NCBI GenBank assembly: GCA_031178065.1
Contig: JAPSJS010000012.1
Coordinates: 2,399 to 66,398, forward strand
Direction: 5' to 3'
DNA length: 64,000 nt
Source of the DNA: Altererythrobacter sp.
GTDB taxonomy: Bacteria; Pseudomonadota; Alphaproteobacteria; Sphingomonadales; Sphingomonadaceae
Below are positions 29,132 through 37,826 of this stretch, piece by piece (the first letter of the stretch is position 1; each line of letters begins with the position of its first letter). The position numbers were made by a program, and so were the translations under genes. The notes under the pieces were generated by a model that searched no databases, had not been told where the DNA came from, and worked only from the letters and a program-made list of their open reading frames with translations.

Positions 29132-29794
29132 ATGACCATAGTGCACAAGCTTACCGTCACCCCCCTGCGCGCGGCCATGGCCGGCGCGCTGGCCGTTGCC
29201 GCGCCTGCGGCTCTCATCACGATGCCGACCCCGGTTGCCGCGGCCGAAGGCGATCTCGACCGCGCGGTTGCCGCGCTGCGCGGGATCTCGACGATGAAGG
29301 CCGATTTCACGCAGACCGACCGCAAGGGCCAGACCGTCTCCGGCGAGATGACGCTGAAGCGCCCCGGCAAGATCCGCTTCCAGTACGAAGACGGCGTGCC
29401 GCTGCTGCTGGTGTCGAATGGACAGTCCTTCACGATGATCGACTACGAGGTCAACCAGGTCGAGCGCTGGCCGATCTCCGAATCGCCGCTCGGCGCGCTG
29501 CTCGATCCGAACCGCGACGTGAAGAAATACGGCAAGCTGGTTTCGACCGACCATCCCGGCGTGATCAGCGTCGAAGTGCGCGATCCGAACAAACCGCAGT
29601 TCGGTGTGATCACCCTGATCTTCACCCGCGATTCCTCGGCCCCGGGCGGGCTCGAGCTGACCAACTGGGTGGCGCTCGATGCGCAGAACAATCGCACCAC
29701 CGTGCGGCTGCGCAATCACCGTTACGGCATCTCGGTGCCGGACAGCGCGTTCACGTACAAAGATCCGCGCCGATCCACCCGTCGCCCGCGGTAA
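29132..29794 (+). CDS. LolA-like outer-membrane lipoprotein carrier protein
   Basis: Signal peptide, then MKADFTQTD...GEMTLKRPGKIRFQY, which is LolA-like. I chose the start at MTIVHKL. Confidence 0.75.
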   Translation: MTIVHKLTVTPLRAAMAGALAVAAPAALITMPTPVAAAEGDLDRAVAALRGISTMKADFTQTDRKGQTVSGEMTLKRPGKIRFQYEDGVPLLLVSNGQSFTMIDYEVNQVERWPISESPLGALLDPNRDVKKYGKLVSTDHPGVISVEVRDPNKPQFGVITLIFTRDSSAPGGLELTNWVALDAQNNRTTVRLRNHRYGISVPDSAFTYKDPRRSTRRPR

Positions 29795-29848
29795 ACGCTT
29801 CGGCGGCAGCGCGTGGGGCGATTGCGACGAGGCGCTGACGGTCGTTCA

Positions 29849-29877
29849 TTGGCAAGCAAGGACGCCTGTCTTATCTT
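29849..29877 (+). promoter_or_regulatory. Candidate sigma70-type promoter (TTGGCA-N17-TATCTT)
   Basis: -35 TTGGCA at 29849-54, an exact 17-nt spacer, and -10 TATCTT at 29872-77. It lies in the lolA-like/xthA gap. Confidence 0.4.
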
Positions 29878-29883
29878 GCTAGT

Positions 29884-30017
29884 CACAAGGCGGCGCGAGG
29901 CGGGTTTCCCCCCTGTTGCCCTGACCTCGCAAGAGAATAGTCGCCTTGTACAAGCGTGACGAACGCTAACATGGAACCCTCGTGCCAATGCCCCCGGCAC
30001 GAGGGTTTTTTGTTTTT
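29884..30017 (+). ncRNA. Candidate structured small RNA (family not recognised)
   Basis: Bounded by the promoter above and a strong intrinsic terminator. Nested helices ACAAGGCG/CGCCTTGT (29885-92/29942-49) and GCGAGG/CCTCGC (29895-900/29925-30). C-rich loops. Confidence 0.45.
29977..30017 (+). terminator. Rho-independent terminator
   Basis: Perfect 10-bp stem CCCTCGTGCC/GGCACGAGGG, 9-nt loop, then TTTTTTGTTTTT. Confidence 0.85.
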
Positions 30018-30059
30018 GGGCCGCTTGCCGTGATTGCGGCGGCTCCCTATCCCGCCACG

Positions 30060-30851
30060 ATGCTTTCTGTCGCCACCTGGAACATCAATTCCGTCCGCCT
30101 GCGTCTCTCTCAGGTGGAGCGCGTGCTGCGCGAACAATCGCCCGACGTGCTCTGCCTGCAGGAAATCAAGTGCCAGGAAAGCCAGTTCCCGGCCAAGGCG
30201 CTGGCGGAGCTGGGCTACGTCCATCAGGCGGTGCACGGGCAGAAGGGCTATCACGGCGTCGCCACCGTCAGCCGCATTCCCTTCCGCGAGTTCTCCCGTC
30301 ACGACTGGCAGGACAACGGCGAGGCGCGCCACGTCGGCGTCGAGCTGCTCGGCCCGGGACAGGGCATGGTGCTCGAGAACGTCTATATCCCGGCCGGCGG
30401 GGACGTGCCGGACCGGGCGGTGAACCTCAAGTTCGGCCAGAAGCTCGACTTCCTCGAGCGGATGACCCGCTGGGCCGAGGCGCTCGACCGGCCGACGCTG
30501 ATCGTCGGCGACTTCAACGTCGCCCCGCTCGAATGCGATGTCTACGACCACAAGGCGCTGCTCAAGGTCGTCAGCCATACGCCGATCGAGGTCGAGACGC
30601 TCGGCCGGTTCAGGGACGCGCACGGATGGGTCGATCTCGGCCGCGAGTTCATCCCGGCGCCGGAGCGCAACTATTCCTGGTGGTCCTATCGCAGCTTCTG
30701 GCGGCAGAAGGACCAGGGCCGGCGGCTCGATCACATGTGGGCCAGCCCGGACCTCGCGAAGCAGGCGCGCAGCCACCGCTTCGTGGAGGAAACGCGGCGC
30801 TGGGAAAGCCCGAGCGACCACGTGCCGCTGGTGACGGAGTTCGACCTCTGA
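30060..30851 (+). CDS. xthA: Exodeoxyribonuclease III
   Basis: MLSVATWNINSVRLRL...CLQEIK...SDHVPLV is ExoIII/AP endonuclease. The track start at 29982 runs through the terminator and was rejected. Confidence 0.9.
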   Translation: MLSVATWNINSVRLRLSQVERVLREQSPDVLCLQEIKCQESQFPAKALAELGYVHQAVHGQKGYHGVATVSRIPFREFSRHDWQDNGEARHVGVELLGPGQGMVLENVYIPAGGDVPDRAVNLKFGQKLDFLERMTRWAEALDRPTLIVGDFNVAPLECDVYDHKALLKVVSHTPIEVETLGRFRDAHGWVDLGREFIPAPERNYSWWSYRSFWRQKDQGRRLDHMWASPDLAKQARSHRFVEETRRWESPSDHVPLVTEFDL

Positions 30852-31918
30852 CGGCCTCCGGTCCATCCCCGGCACGCCGCGCGGCGCAGGCGATCGACGC
30901 CCTGCGCCACGGCTGGCCGCTGGCGATGGACGGCGGCCCGGTGCTGCTTCCGGTCGAGACGGCGGTCGCGCGGCACGCCGCGGCCGACCGCATGCTGATC
31001 TCCGCCGCGCGCGCGGAGACGCTCAAGCTCGCCAACCAGCGCGAGGCCGCCGAACCGCATGCGCCGGTGCTGATCCACGGCGCGGAGCCGTTCGACCTCG
31101 CCGCGGCGCTGCCGGTGGCCGACCCCGCGCTCGATCTCACCGCCCCGCTCAAGGGGCCGTTCCGGGCCGAGACGATCGACTGGGCGGACCAGGCGGCGGT
31201 GGCGCTCGAACTGGCGCGGATCGCCGGAATCCTGCCCGCCTTTCTCGTCGATCCGGCCGATGCGGGCGAGACGCAGCCGGTCGCCGTATCCGATCTCGCA
31301 GCCTGGGCCGATGCCGCGGTGCTCTCGATCGCCACGCGCGCGCGCCTGCCCGTCTCGGCCAGCGAGGATGCCGAGATCGTCGCCTTCCGCAGCGCCGAGG
31401 ACTTGCGTGAACATGTCGCACTGGTGATCGGCGAGCAGCGGTCGGACATCGCGCCGCTCGTGCGGCTCCACTCGGAATGCCTGACCGGCGACATCCTCGG
31501 CAGCCTCAAATGCGACTGCGGCCCGCAGCTCGACGCCGCGCTTCATGCGATGGCCGACGAGGCGGCGCGCGGCGGCTGGGGTGTGCTGCTCTATCTGCGG
31601 CAGGAAGGGCGCGGCATCGGCCTGGTCAACAAGCTGCGCGCCTACCGCCTGCAGGATCAGGGCTTCGACACCGTCGACGCCAACCGCAGGCTGGGCCTGC
31701 CCGACGAGGCACGCGATTTCCCGGTGGCCGCCCGCATGCTCGAACTGCTCGGCGTGGGCGAAGTCCGGCTGATGACCAACAATCCGGCCAAGGTCGAAGC
31801 ACTCGCCGCAAGCGGCATCGCAGTGGCCGAGCGCGTTCCGCACCAGCTCCCCGCCAACCCGCACAACGCGCGCTATCTTTCGACCAAACGCGACCGCTCG
31901 GGCCACTTGCTGACATGA
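30848..31918 (+). CDS. ribA: GTP cyclohydrolase II (RibA) with N-terminal DHBP-synthase-like domain
   Basis: VRLHSECLTGDILGSLKCDCGPQL, YLRQEGRGIGL. The 5' end is uncertain. The conserved N-terminal region begins before the first ATG (30926). An in-frame CTG at 30848 overlaps the xthA stop. Confidence 0.8.
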   Translation: MTASGPSPARRAAQAIDALRHGWPLAMDGGPVLLPVETAVARHAAADRMLISAARAETLKLANQREAAEPHAPVLIHGAEPFDLAAALPVADPALDLTAPLKGPFRAETIDWADQAAVALELARIAGILPAFLVDPADAGETQPVAVSDLAAWADAAVLSIATRARLPVSASEDAEIVAFRSAEDLREHVALVIGEQRSDIAPLVRLHSECLTGDILGSLKCDCGPQLDAALHAMADEAARGGWGVLLYLRQEGRGIGLVNKLRAYRLQDQGFDTVDANRRLGLPDEARDFPVAARMLELLGVGEVRLMTNNPAKVEALAASGIAVAERVPHQLPANPHNARYLSTKRDRSGHLLT

Positions 31919-32412
31919 GCGCGGTCATCCGCCCCGAACGCGCGGGCGACGAGCGCGCGATCCACGAGGTCGTGCGCTCGGCCTTCGATGGCCACCCGCA
32001 CAGCGACGGCAGCGAGCCCGGCATCGTCGATACCTTGCGCGCCGACGGCGATCTCGCGATTTCGCTGGTCGCGGAGGACGGCGGAGAAATCGTCGGCCAC
32101 GTCGCATTCTCGCCCGTCGCGATCTCGGACGGAAGCGCCGGCTGGTTCGGCCTCGGCCCCGTCGCGGTCGCACCGCAGCGCCAGCGTGAGGGCATCGGTG
32201 CCGCACTGATCGAGCAAGGACTGGCCCTGCTGCGCGAGCGTGCCGCCTCGGGCTGCGTGGTACTCGGCGACCCCGCCTATTACGGACGGTTCGGCTTCCT
32301 CCACGATCCGGCGCTCACCTATCCCGGCCCGCCGCCCGAATACTTCCAGCGCCTCGTAATGGAGGGCTCGGACGCGAGCGGCGCCGTGACCTACGCCCGC
32401 GCATTCGGCTGA
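31915..32412 (+). CDS. GNAT family N-acetyltransferase
   Basis: 165 aa. QRQREGIGAALIEQGL acetyl-CoA binding motif. ATGA overlap with the ribA stop. Confidence 0.8.
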   Translation: MSAVIRPERAGDERAIHEVVRSAFDGHPHSDGSEPGIVDTLRADGDLAISLVAEDGGEIVGHVAFSPVAISDGSAGWFGLGPVAVAPQRQREGIGAALIEQGLALLRERAASGCVVLGDPAYYGRFGFLHDPALTYPGPPPEYFQRLVMEGSDASGAVTYARAFG

Positions 32413-32496
32413 TCCGCGCGCGTCGGCACCGGACAAGTCGGTCAGGCAGAAAATGAGGACATTGCTGACGTTGTCGACAAGTGCGATACCGGCACA

Positions 32497-32925
32497 ATGC
32501 GGCACGCTTTTTTGATTTCGTTGCTGATTACGCTGTCAGCTTGCGCATCCAATCAGCCCCGTAGTCATGAAGCACTGATGGATGAGATCGAAAGCTCCAT
32601 AACCTTACCACCCGGGGCGTTGCCTCTGCAAAGCTACGCCCGCTACTACACCGAGCATCGTGGATTGGTTCACGGCGCTTACACAACCGAAATAGAAGAA
32701 GAACGCCCCCCCGATTACGGATGCGAAGAGGCTCAGTTGGACAACAGCTATAAGCCTGTTGCCTGTCCAGCCTCGGCCGATGTTCGACCAGGCAGTCGCC
32801 GGTGGGTGAAATTCGAGGATTATCCCGCGGTTGGAGGTCTGGACTGCTCTGCCCTGCAGATCGAGTTTGATCCTAAGGCCAAGGCCTTCATCTATCTCGA
32901 ATGTGCCGAGCTCATTGTAGACTGA
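32497..32925 (+). CDS. Orphan Cys-rich lipoprotein in a low-GC islet
   Basis: 142 aa. Signal peptide plus lipobox LLITLSAC. About 52-57% GC against about 65% background. No domain recognised. Confidence 0.6.
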   Translation: MRHAFLISLLITLSACASNQPRSHEALMDEIESSITLPPGALPLQSYARYYTEHRGLVHGAYTTEIEEERPPDYGCEEAQLDNSYKPVACPASADVRPGSRRWVKFEDYPAVGGLDCSALQIEFDPKAKAFIYLECAELIVD

Positions 32926-33026
32926 TACATTGGACGACTTGTGGGCTGCTCCCATTCTTGATCTTGACTTCACCACGCAAGCCACGGCGTGCATGCATTC
33001 GGAATTTATCAGCGCAGCCTCTGACC

Positions 33027-33290
33027 TCAACGCAACTGGCTGTCCTTGCTGCCGCGCCGGTTGATGCCGGTGGACCGGACGGCGGCGTCCCGCTGCGACT
33101 GGCAGGCGACGCAGGTGCGGACGCCGGGCAGGGCCTGGCGGCGTTTCTCGGGAATTTCCTCGCCGCACAGGTCGCAGAACTCGGCGCTCTCGCCGCGCGG
33201 CATGCGGGTGCGCGCCGCCTGCACCGCGTCGCTCACGGTATCGTCGATCTGATCCTGAACGGCTCCGTCGCGGGTCCAGCCGCCTGCCAT
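33027..33290 (-). CDS. DksA/TraR-family C4 zinc-finger protein (YbiI-like)
   Basis: 87 aa. MAGGWTRDGAV...CDLCGEEIPEKRR...CVACQ...NRRGSKDSQLR closely parallels E. coli YbiI. Confidence 0.85.
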   Translation of the reverse strand: MAGGWTRDGAVQDQIDDTVSDAVQAARTRMPRGESAEFCDLCGEEIPEKRRQALPGVRTCVACQSQRDAAVRSTGINRRGSKDSQLR

Positions 33291-33342
33291 GCGAAGTGCT
33301 CCTTCGCGCAATCAACCCGCTGATACGCGGGAGAGTTCCGTG

Positions 33343-34326
33343 TCAGCGCTTCTCGTAGCGCTTGATCCCGGCGCCGAGGTTGTTCTGGCCGATGGCGAGC
33401 TTGGCGTCGGCCCAGTCGGCGACGAAAGTCGAACTGCGGCTGAGCGCGGGGACGAAGCGGGCGTCGTTGCCGGCGATCTGCAAGCCGTCGGAACTGTGGC
33501 GGATATCTTCGGCGCCGACGGCGATGAAGGCGGAGTAATTCTCCTTGTCGCGGCCCTGGACGAACCAGTTGTTGGTAATCTGCCCGGTCGCGCCTGCAGG
33601 CAGGTCGATCATGTAGTTCGTGCCGCGCCCCGCCGAATCGTCGAAGCTCGATGCCGCGATCTCGACCCGCGCCGCGCGTGCCTTGACGTAGTGCCCGCCG
33701 GTGCCGCGCTCGAAACGGCTGCGGGTCACGCGCAAGTGGCCGTAGTCGCCGATGTAGATCGAATGCGCGCACCCGCCCGAGCCTTCACAGGTCCCGAGGC
33801 CGGAGAAGGTCGACTTGTCGATGACGATGCGGCTCGAAGGATCGTCGGCCGTCAGGATGCCCTGCTGACTGTCGGCAAACGAGGACTGCGCCACCGTGAG
33901 ATCGCCCTGCTCGAGCCGGATGCCCGCGCCATTGTAGTCGGGCACGGCCATGCGCCGGAAGACGAGCCCCGAAACCTGCGCCGCGCGCCCGCGCAGCACC
34001 AGCGCGGCCTTGCCCTCGCAGGTGACGCCGTCGAACACCGCCTTGCCCGGCTCCGCCGCGAGGTAGGAGATCGATCCGCCCTCCTGCACCGCGCATTCGC
34101 GGTAGGTACCGCTGGCGATCGCAATGCTGCCCTCGCGGTCGCCGATGGCGTCGACCGCCTGCTGGAGCGAGACGTAGCTTTCCCCCGTCTCGACCACCGT
34201 AAACGGCGATCTCGCCGGCTGTGCGATGAGCGCGGCTGCAGGGATCGCCCCCACCGCCAACGCGGCAATCACCACGGTGGTCCTGAGCGAGAGGCGAACG
34301 GGCGTCGTGCGGGCGCAAGTATCCAT
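33343..34326 (-). CDS. Secreted right-handed parallel beta-helix repeat protein (tentative)
   Basis: 327 aa. Signal peptide. Periodic G/N/D-rich segments (GIRLEQGDL, QGILTAD, HSIYIGDYG, GNDARF) consistent with a pectin-lyase fold. Confidence 0.65.
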   Translation of the reverse strand: MDTCARTTPVRLSLRTTVVIAALAVGAIPAAALIAQPARSPFTVVETGESYVSLQQAVDAIGDREGSIAIASGTYRECAVQEGGSISYLAAEPGKAVFDGVTCEGKAALVLRGRAAQVSGLVFRRMAVPDYNGAGIRLEQGDLTVAQSSFADSQQGILTADDPSSRIVIDKSTFSGLGTCEGSGGCAHSIYIGDYGHLRVTRSRFERGTGGHYVKARAARVEIAASSFDDSAGRGTNYMIDLPAGATGQITNNWFVQGRDKENYSAFIAVGAEDIRHSSDGLQIAGNDARFVPALSRSSTFVADWADAKLAIGQNNLGAGIKRYEKR

Positions 34327-34520
34327 GGCGCCGTGGTTAGCCCACAGGGGTTAACGGCCGGCTAAAGGTTCGCAATTCTCTCGCCGAGGGGATCGCACGC
34401 GAGGCCTCCACGCCACGTGTCGGCGGGAGCATACATAGCCTTTCGGTGAGCTCCTTGCCGCTGGGGCATAGACATGCGAGGCTGCGCGGCACCCGATACA
34501 GCTTCGGGAGGAGGGGAACC

Positions 34521-35708
34521 ATGACCCGACGCGCTGCGCCATTCGCCGCCCTGCTGGTCTTGATCGCGGCGGTTGCCATTCCAGCGATGAGCACTGCTCA
34601 GGGCAGCCGTGCGCCGATCCACCCGCGCGAAGGTTCCTGGATCACCAATCCGCCCGGCAGCGTGGCTCACGCCGATCCGCTCGAACTTCCCGTTCCGGGG
34701 GCCAAGGCCTGGCGGGTGCTGTACCGGTCGAGCGGGGCCAAGGGAGAGCAGATCGAGGTTTCCGGAGTCGTGGTCGCGCCAGACCGGCCGCCGCCGCCGG
34801 GCGGCTGGCCGATCGTTGCCTGGGCACATCCCACGACCGGTATTGCGACCAAGTGCGCCCCCTCGCGAGGACATCACTTCGAGAAGACGGTGCCCAACCT
34901 CGCCGAGCTTGTGCGGCGTGGCTATGCGGTTGCGGCGACGGACTACGAAGGCTTGGGCACGGATGGCGTCCATCCCTATCTCGTAGGGTCCAGCGCGGCA
35001 CAAACGATCCTGGATTCGGTGCGCGCGGCCCGGTCGCTCGCCGGCGCCGGCTCGAAATTCGTGGTGTGGGGGCATTCCCAGGGGGGGCATGCCGCGCTCT
35101 GGACGGGGGAGATGGCTGCCAGCTATGCTCCCGATCTGACACTGCTCGGTGTCGCCGCCGCAGCCCCTGCGACCGAACTCGCCCACCTGTTCGAGGATGA
35201 TCTCGATACCAAGGGGGGCAAGGCCTTCACCGCGCTGGCGCTCCTGTCCTGGTCGAAAGTGTACGATCTCGACCTCTCCACGGTGGTAGAACCGAAAGCG
35301 TTACCGGGCGTGCGGCTGATCGGGGATGGCTGCATGACGAATGCGCTGGGGCTGCTGGTCGACGGGCTTGGCCTGGAGCTGTTGCCGCACAAGTTCCTGC
35401 GTGCCGATCCCACCCGGGTCTCACCGTGGCGGGAGATCATTGCGCGCAACACGCCGAGTTCGGTTGGGGACGGAGTGCCGGTGCTCGTCGCACAGGGGAC
35501 GAAGGACACGATCGTCCTGCCTGCCGTGACGCGCGACTTCGTGCGCAGGCTGTGCGAGCAGGACACGTCTGCACATCTGATCGAGATGGAGACGGATCAC
35601 CTCGGCATCGCCACGCTCAGCGCGGACAGGATAACCGACTGGATCGACGCGCGCTTTACGCAGGCGGAGCCCCAACGCGGCTGTGTCGTGCCCCCGGTGG
35701 AGCGGTGA
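34521..35708 (+). CDS. Secreted alpha/beta hydrolase, lipase (LIP) family
   Basis: Signal peptide MTRRAAPFAALLVLIAAVAIPAMSTAQG. GHSQGG nucleophile elbow. Confidence 0.75.
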   Translation: MTRRAAPFAALLVLIAAVAIPAMSTAQGSRAPIHPREGSWITNPPGSVAHADPLELPVPGAKAWRVLYRSSGAKGEQIEVSGVVVAPDRPPPPGGWPIVAWAHPTTGIATKCAPSRGHHFEKTVPNLAELVRRGYAVAATDYEGLGTDGVHPYLVGSSAAQTILDSVRAARSLAGAGSKFVVWGHSQGGHAALWTGEMAASYAPDLTLLGVAAAAPATELAHLFEDDLDTKGGKAFTALALLSWSKVYDLDLSTVVEPKALPGVRLIGDGCMTNALGLLVDGLGLELLPHKFLRADPTRVSPWREIIARNTPSSVGDGVPVLVAQGTKDTIVLPAVTRDFVRRLCEQDTSAHLIEMETDHLGIATLSADRITDWIDARFTQAEPQRGCVVPPVER

Positions 35709-35779
35709 CGATCACCTTTTGAGTCCGCAGACGCCGCGGAACTATGGCCGGGGCGCTACACCCGTCGTCGCAGGCCGCC

Positions 35780-37354
35780 TCACTCCCACTCGATCGTGCC
35801 GGGGGGCTTCGACGTATAGTCGTAGACCACGCGGTTGATGCCCTTCACCTCGTTGACGATGCGGGTGGCGACGCGGGTGAGGAAGCTGGCGTCGAAGGGG
35901 TAGACGTCGGCGGTCATGCCGTCGGTGCTGGTCACCGCGCGCAGGCCGCAGACGCTGTCGTAAGTGCGGTAGTCGCCCATTACGCCGACGGTCTTGACCG
36001 GCAGCAGCACGGCGAAGGCCTGCCAGATCGCGTCGTAGAGCCCGGCGGCGCGGATTTCCTCGAGATAGACCGCATCGGCCTTGCGCAGGATATCGCAGCG
36101 TTCCTTGGTCACTTCGCCGGGGATGCGGATGGCGAGGCCGGGGCCGGGGAAGGGATGGCGGCCGACGAACACCTCGGGCAGGCCGAGTTCGCGGCCCAAT
36201 GCGCGGACCTCGTCCTTGAACAGTTCGCGCAACGGCTCGACCAGCGCCATGTTCATCCGCTCGGGCAGGCCGCCGACGTTGTGGTGACTCTTGATCGTCA
36301 CCGATGGCCCGCCGGTGAAGCTGACGCTTTCGATCACGTCCGGATAGAGCGTGCCTTGCGCAAGGAAGTCTGCGCCGCCGATCTTCTTGGCCTCGGCCTC
36401 GAACAGGTCGATGAAGGCCTTGCCGATAAACTTGCGTTTGGCCTCGGGGTCGGTGACGCCGGCGAGGCCGGAGAGGAACATCTCCTCCGCATCGACGTGG
36501 ACGAGCGGGATATTGTAGTGGTCGCGGAACAGGGTGACGACCTGTTCGGCCTCGTTCATCCGCATCAGACCGTGATCGACGAAGACGCAGGTGAGCTGTT
36601 CGCCGATCGCCTCGTGGATCAGCACCGCCGCGACCGCGCTGTCGACGCCGCCGGAAAGGCCGCAGATGACCTTGCCGTCGCCGACCTGGGCGCGAATTTC
36701 CTCGATCTTGGTCTTGCGAAACTCGGCCATGGTCCAGTCGCCGGCCAGGCCGCAGACGTGGCGGACGAAGTTGGCCAGCAGGCGGGCCCCGTCAGGCGTG
36801 TGGACCACCTCGGGGTGGAACTGGGTGCCGTAATAGCGGCGCTCGTCGTCGGCGATCAGCGCGAAGGGGGCGCCGTCGCTGACCGCGACGATGCGGAAGC
36901 CGGGGGCGAGCCGGGTGACCTTGTCGCCGTGGCTCATCCACACCTGGTGCCGCTCGCCCGGCTGCCACAGGCCGTCGAACAGCACGCATTCCTCGCTGAC
37001 GGTGCAATAGGCGCGGCCGAATTCGCCGCCCTCGCCGGTCTCGTGCCCGGGGCGCACCTCGCCACCGAGTTGCTGGGTCATGACCTGCTGGCCGTAGCAG
37101 ATGCCGAGGATCGGGACGCCGCTGTCGAACAGCACCTCCGGCGCGCGCGGGCTTCCCTCGTCGGGAACGCTGGCGGGACCGCCGGAGAGGATCACGCCTT
37201 TGGGCTTCAGCCGTTCGAAGGCTTCCTCGGCCTGGGTGAAGGGCGCGATCTCGGAATAGACGCCCGCTTCGCGCACGCGGCGCGCGATCAGCTGGGTCAC
37301 CTGGCTGCCGAAATCGACGATGAGGATGGAATCGGGGAGATGCTGCGGGTCCAT
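35780..37354 (-). CDS. guaA: GMP synthase (glutamine-hydrolysing)
   Basis: 524 aa. GATase (GICYGQQ), ATP-PPase SGGVDSAV, and C-terminal PPGTIEWE. Confidence 0.97.
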   Translation of the reverse strand: MDPQHLPDSILIVDFGSQVTQLIARRVREAGVYSEIAPFTQAEEAFERLKPKGVILSGGPASVPDEGSPRAPEVLFDSGVPILGICYGQQVMTQQLGGEVRPGHETGEGGEFGRAYCTVSEECVLFDGLWQPGERHQVWMSHGDKVTRLAPGFRIVAVSDGAPFALIADDERRYYGTQFHPEVVHTPDGARLLANFVRHVCGLAGDWTMAEFRKTKIEEIRAQVGDGKVICGLSGGVDSAVAAVLIHEAIGEQLTCVFVDHGLMRMNEAEQVVTLFRDHYNIPLVHVDAEEMFLSGLAGVTDPEAKRKFIGKAFIDLFEAEAKKIGGADFLAQGTLYPDVIESVSFTGGPSVTIKSHHNVGGLPERMNMALVEPLRELFKDEVRALGRELGLPEVFVGRHPFPGPGLAIRIPGEVTKERCDILRKADAVYLEEIRAAGLYDAIWQAFAVLLPVKTVGVMGDYRTYDSVCGLRAVTSTDGMTADVYPFDASFLTRVATRIVNEVKGINRVVYDYTSKPPGTIEWE

Positions 37355-37658
37355 GGCAAGCTCCGTTAGGCGCGAGTGCGGCGGGCTGTCCAGCGGGCGG
37401 TGAAGTCGGGTGTGGGGACGCTAGGTCGCCTTGTGGTCCCGGTCGGTGCCGTGCTGCTGCATGTTTTGCATCCTCCAGCATGCAAACTTTCGGAGAAACA
37501 AGAGCTGCACTCCGTCCAGTAGTTGCGCATTTTGCAACATATGGCGCAGTTTTCTCATTTGTGAAAAGTCCGGCGAAAGATTATTTCCCTCTTCGAGCCG
37601 GGTGGAAGGTTCCTCTCCTCTCCCCCCTTCCCCCGGCTTCTTTGACAGGAGACAGGCC

Positions 37659-37742
37659 ATGCGCACGACAGCTTCGCATTTCCTTGCCTTCGTCGTGGCT
37701 GCTTCGATCAGCAGCCTCATGCTCGGCGCAGCGATCGCCTGA
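37659..37742 (+). CDS. Candidate 27-aa hydrophobic small protein
   Basis: MRTTASHFLAFVVAASISSLMLGAAIA. SD AGGAGA (37647-52) lies 6 nt before the ATG. Followed by a hairpin. Not in the track as a separate ORF. Confidence 0.35.
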   Translation: MRTTASHFLAFVVAASISSLMLGAAIA

Positions 37743-37759
37743 GCCGAAAGGCAGCGAAC

Positions 37760-37806
37760 GAGACGCGGCCGCCACTCAGTCCTCTCCCCCTTGGTGGCCG
37801 CGTCTC
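37760..37806. terminator. Hairpin between the small ORF and the convergent acyl-CoA ligase gene
   Basis: GAGACGCGGCCGCCAC-N17-GGTGGCCGCGTCTC (one bulge). Weak T-run on the minus strand only. Confidence 0.45.
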
Positions 37807-37826
37807 AACCGCTCGCTTGAGACGGA

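Noticed and set aside
29971-30033. 20-codon ORF (MEPSCQCPRHEGFLFLGRLP) inside the candidate sRNA/terminator
   Set aside because: It has no Shine-Dalgarno sequence. It runs straight through the terminator stem and T-tract. It is most simply non-coding.
29982-30059. Upstream start for xthA (track ORF 29982), and similar 5' extensions for ribA (30170), pabB (25379), mccB (49118), the nucleotidase (44052), tetR (46970), the nuclease (61869), engB (63162) and the VOC protein (56199)
   Set aside because: The extensions overlap neighbouring genes or a terminator. They lack signal-peptide or family N-terminal features. They are replaced by internal starts that match known N-termini or form 4-nt coupling overlaps.
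37421-37742. Track ORFs of 99 aa (minus strand) and 103 aa (plus strand) in the low-GC guaA spacer
   Set aside because: Their composition is Cys/Ser/Phe-rich or Lys/Gln-rich, atypical for this genome. They lack SDs at their starts and overlap each other. Only the terminal 27 codons of the plus-strand ORF have an SD and a plausible TM peptide.
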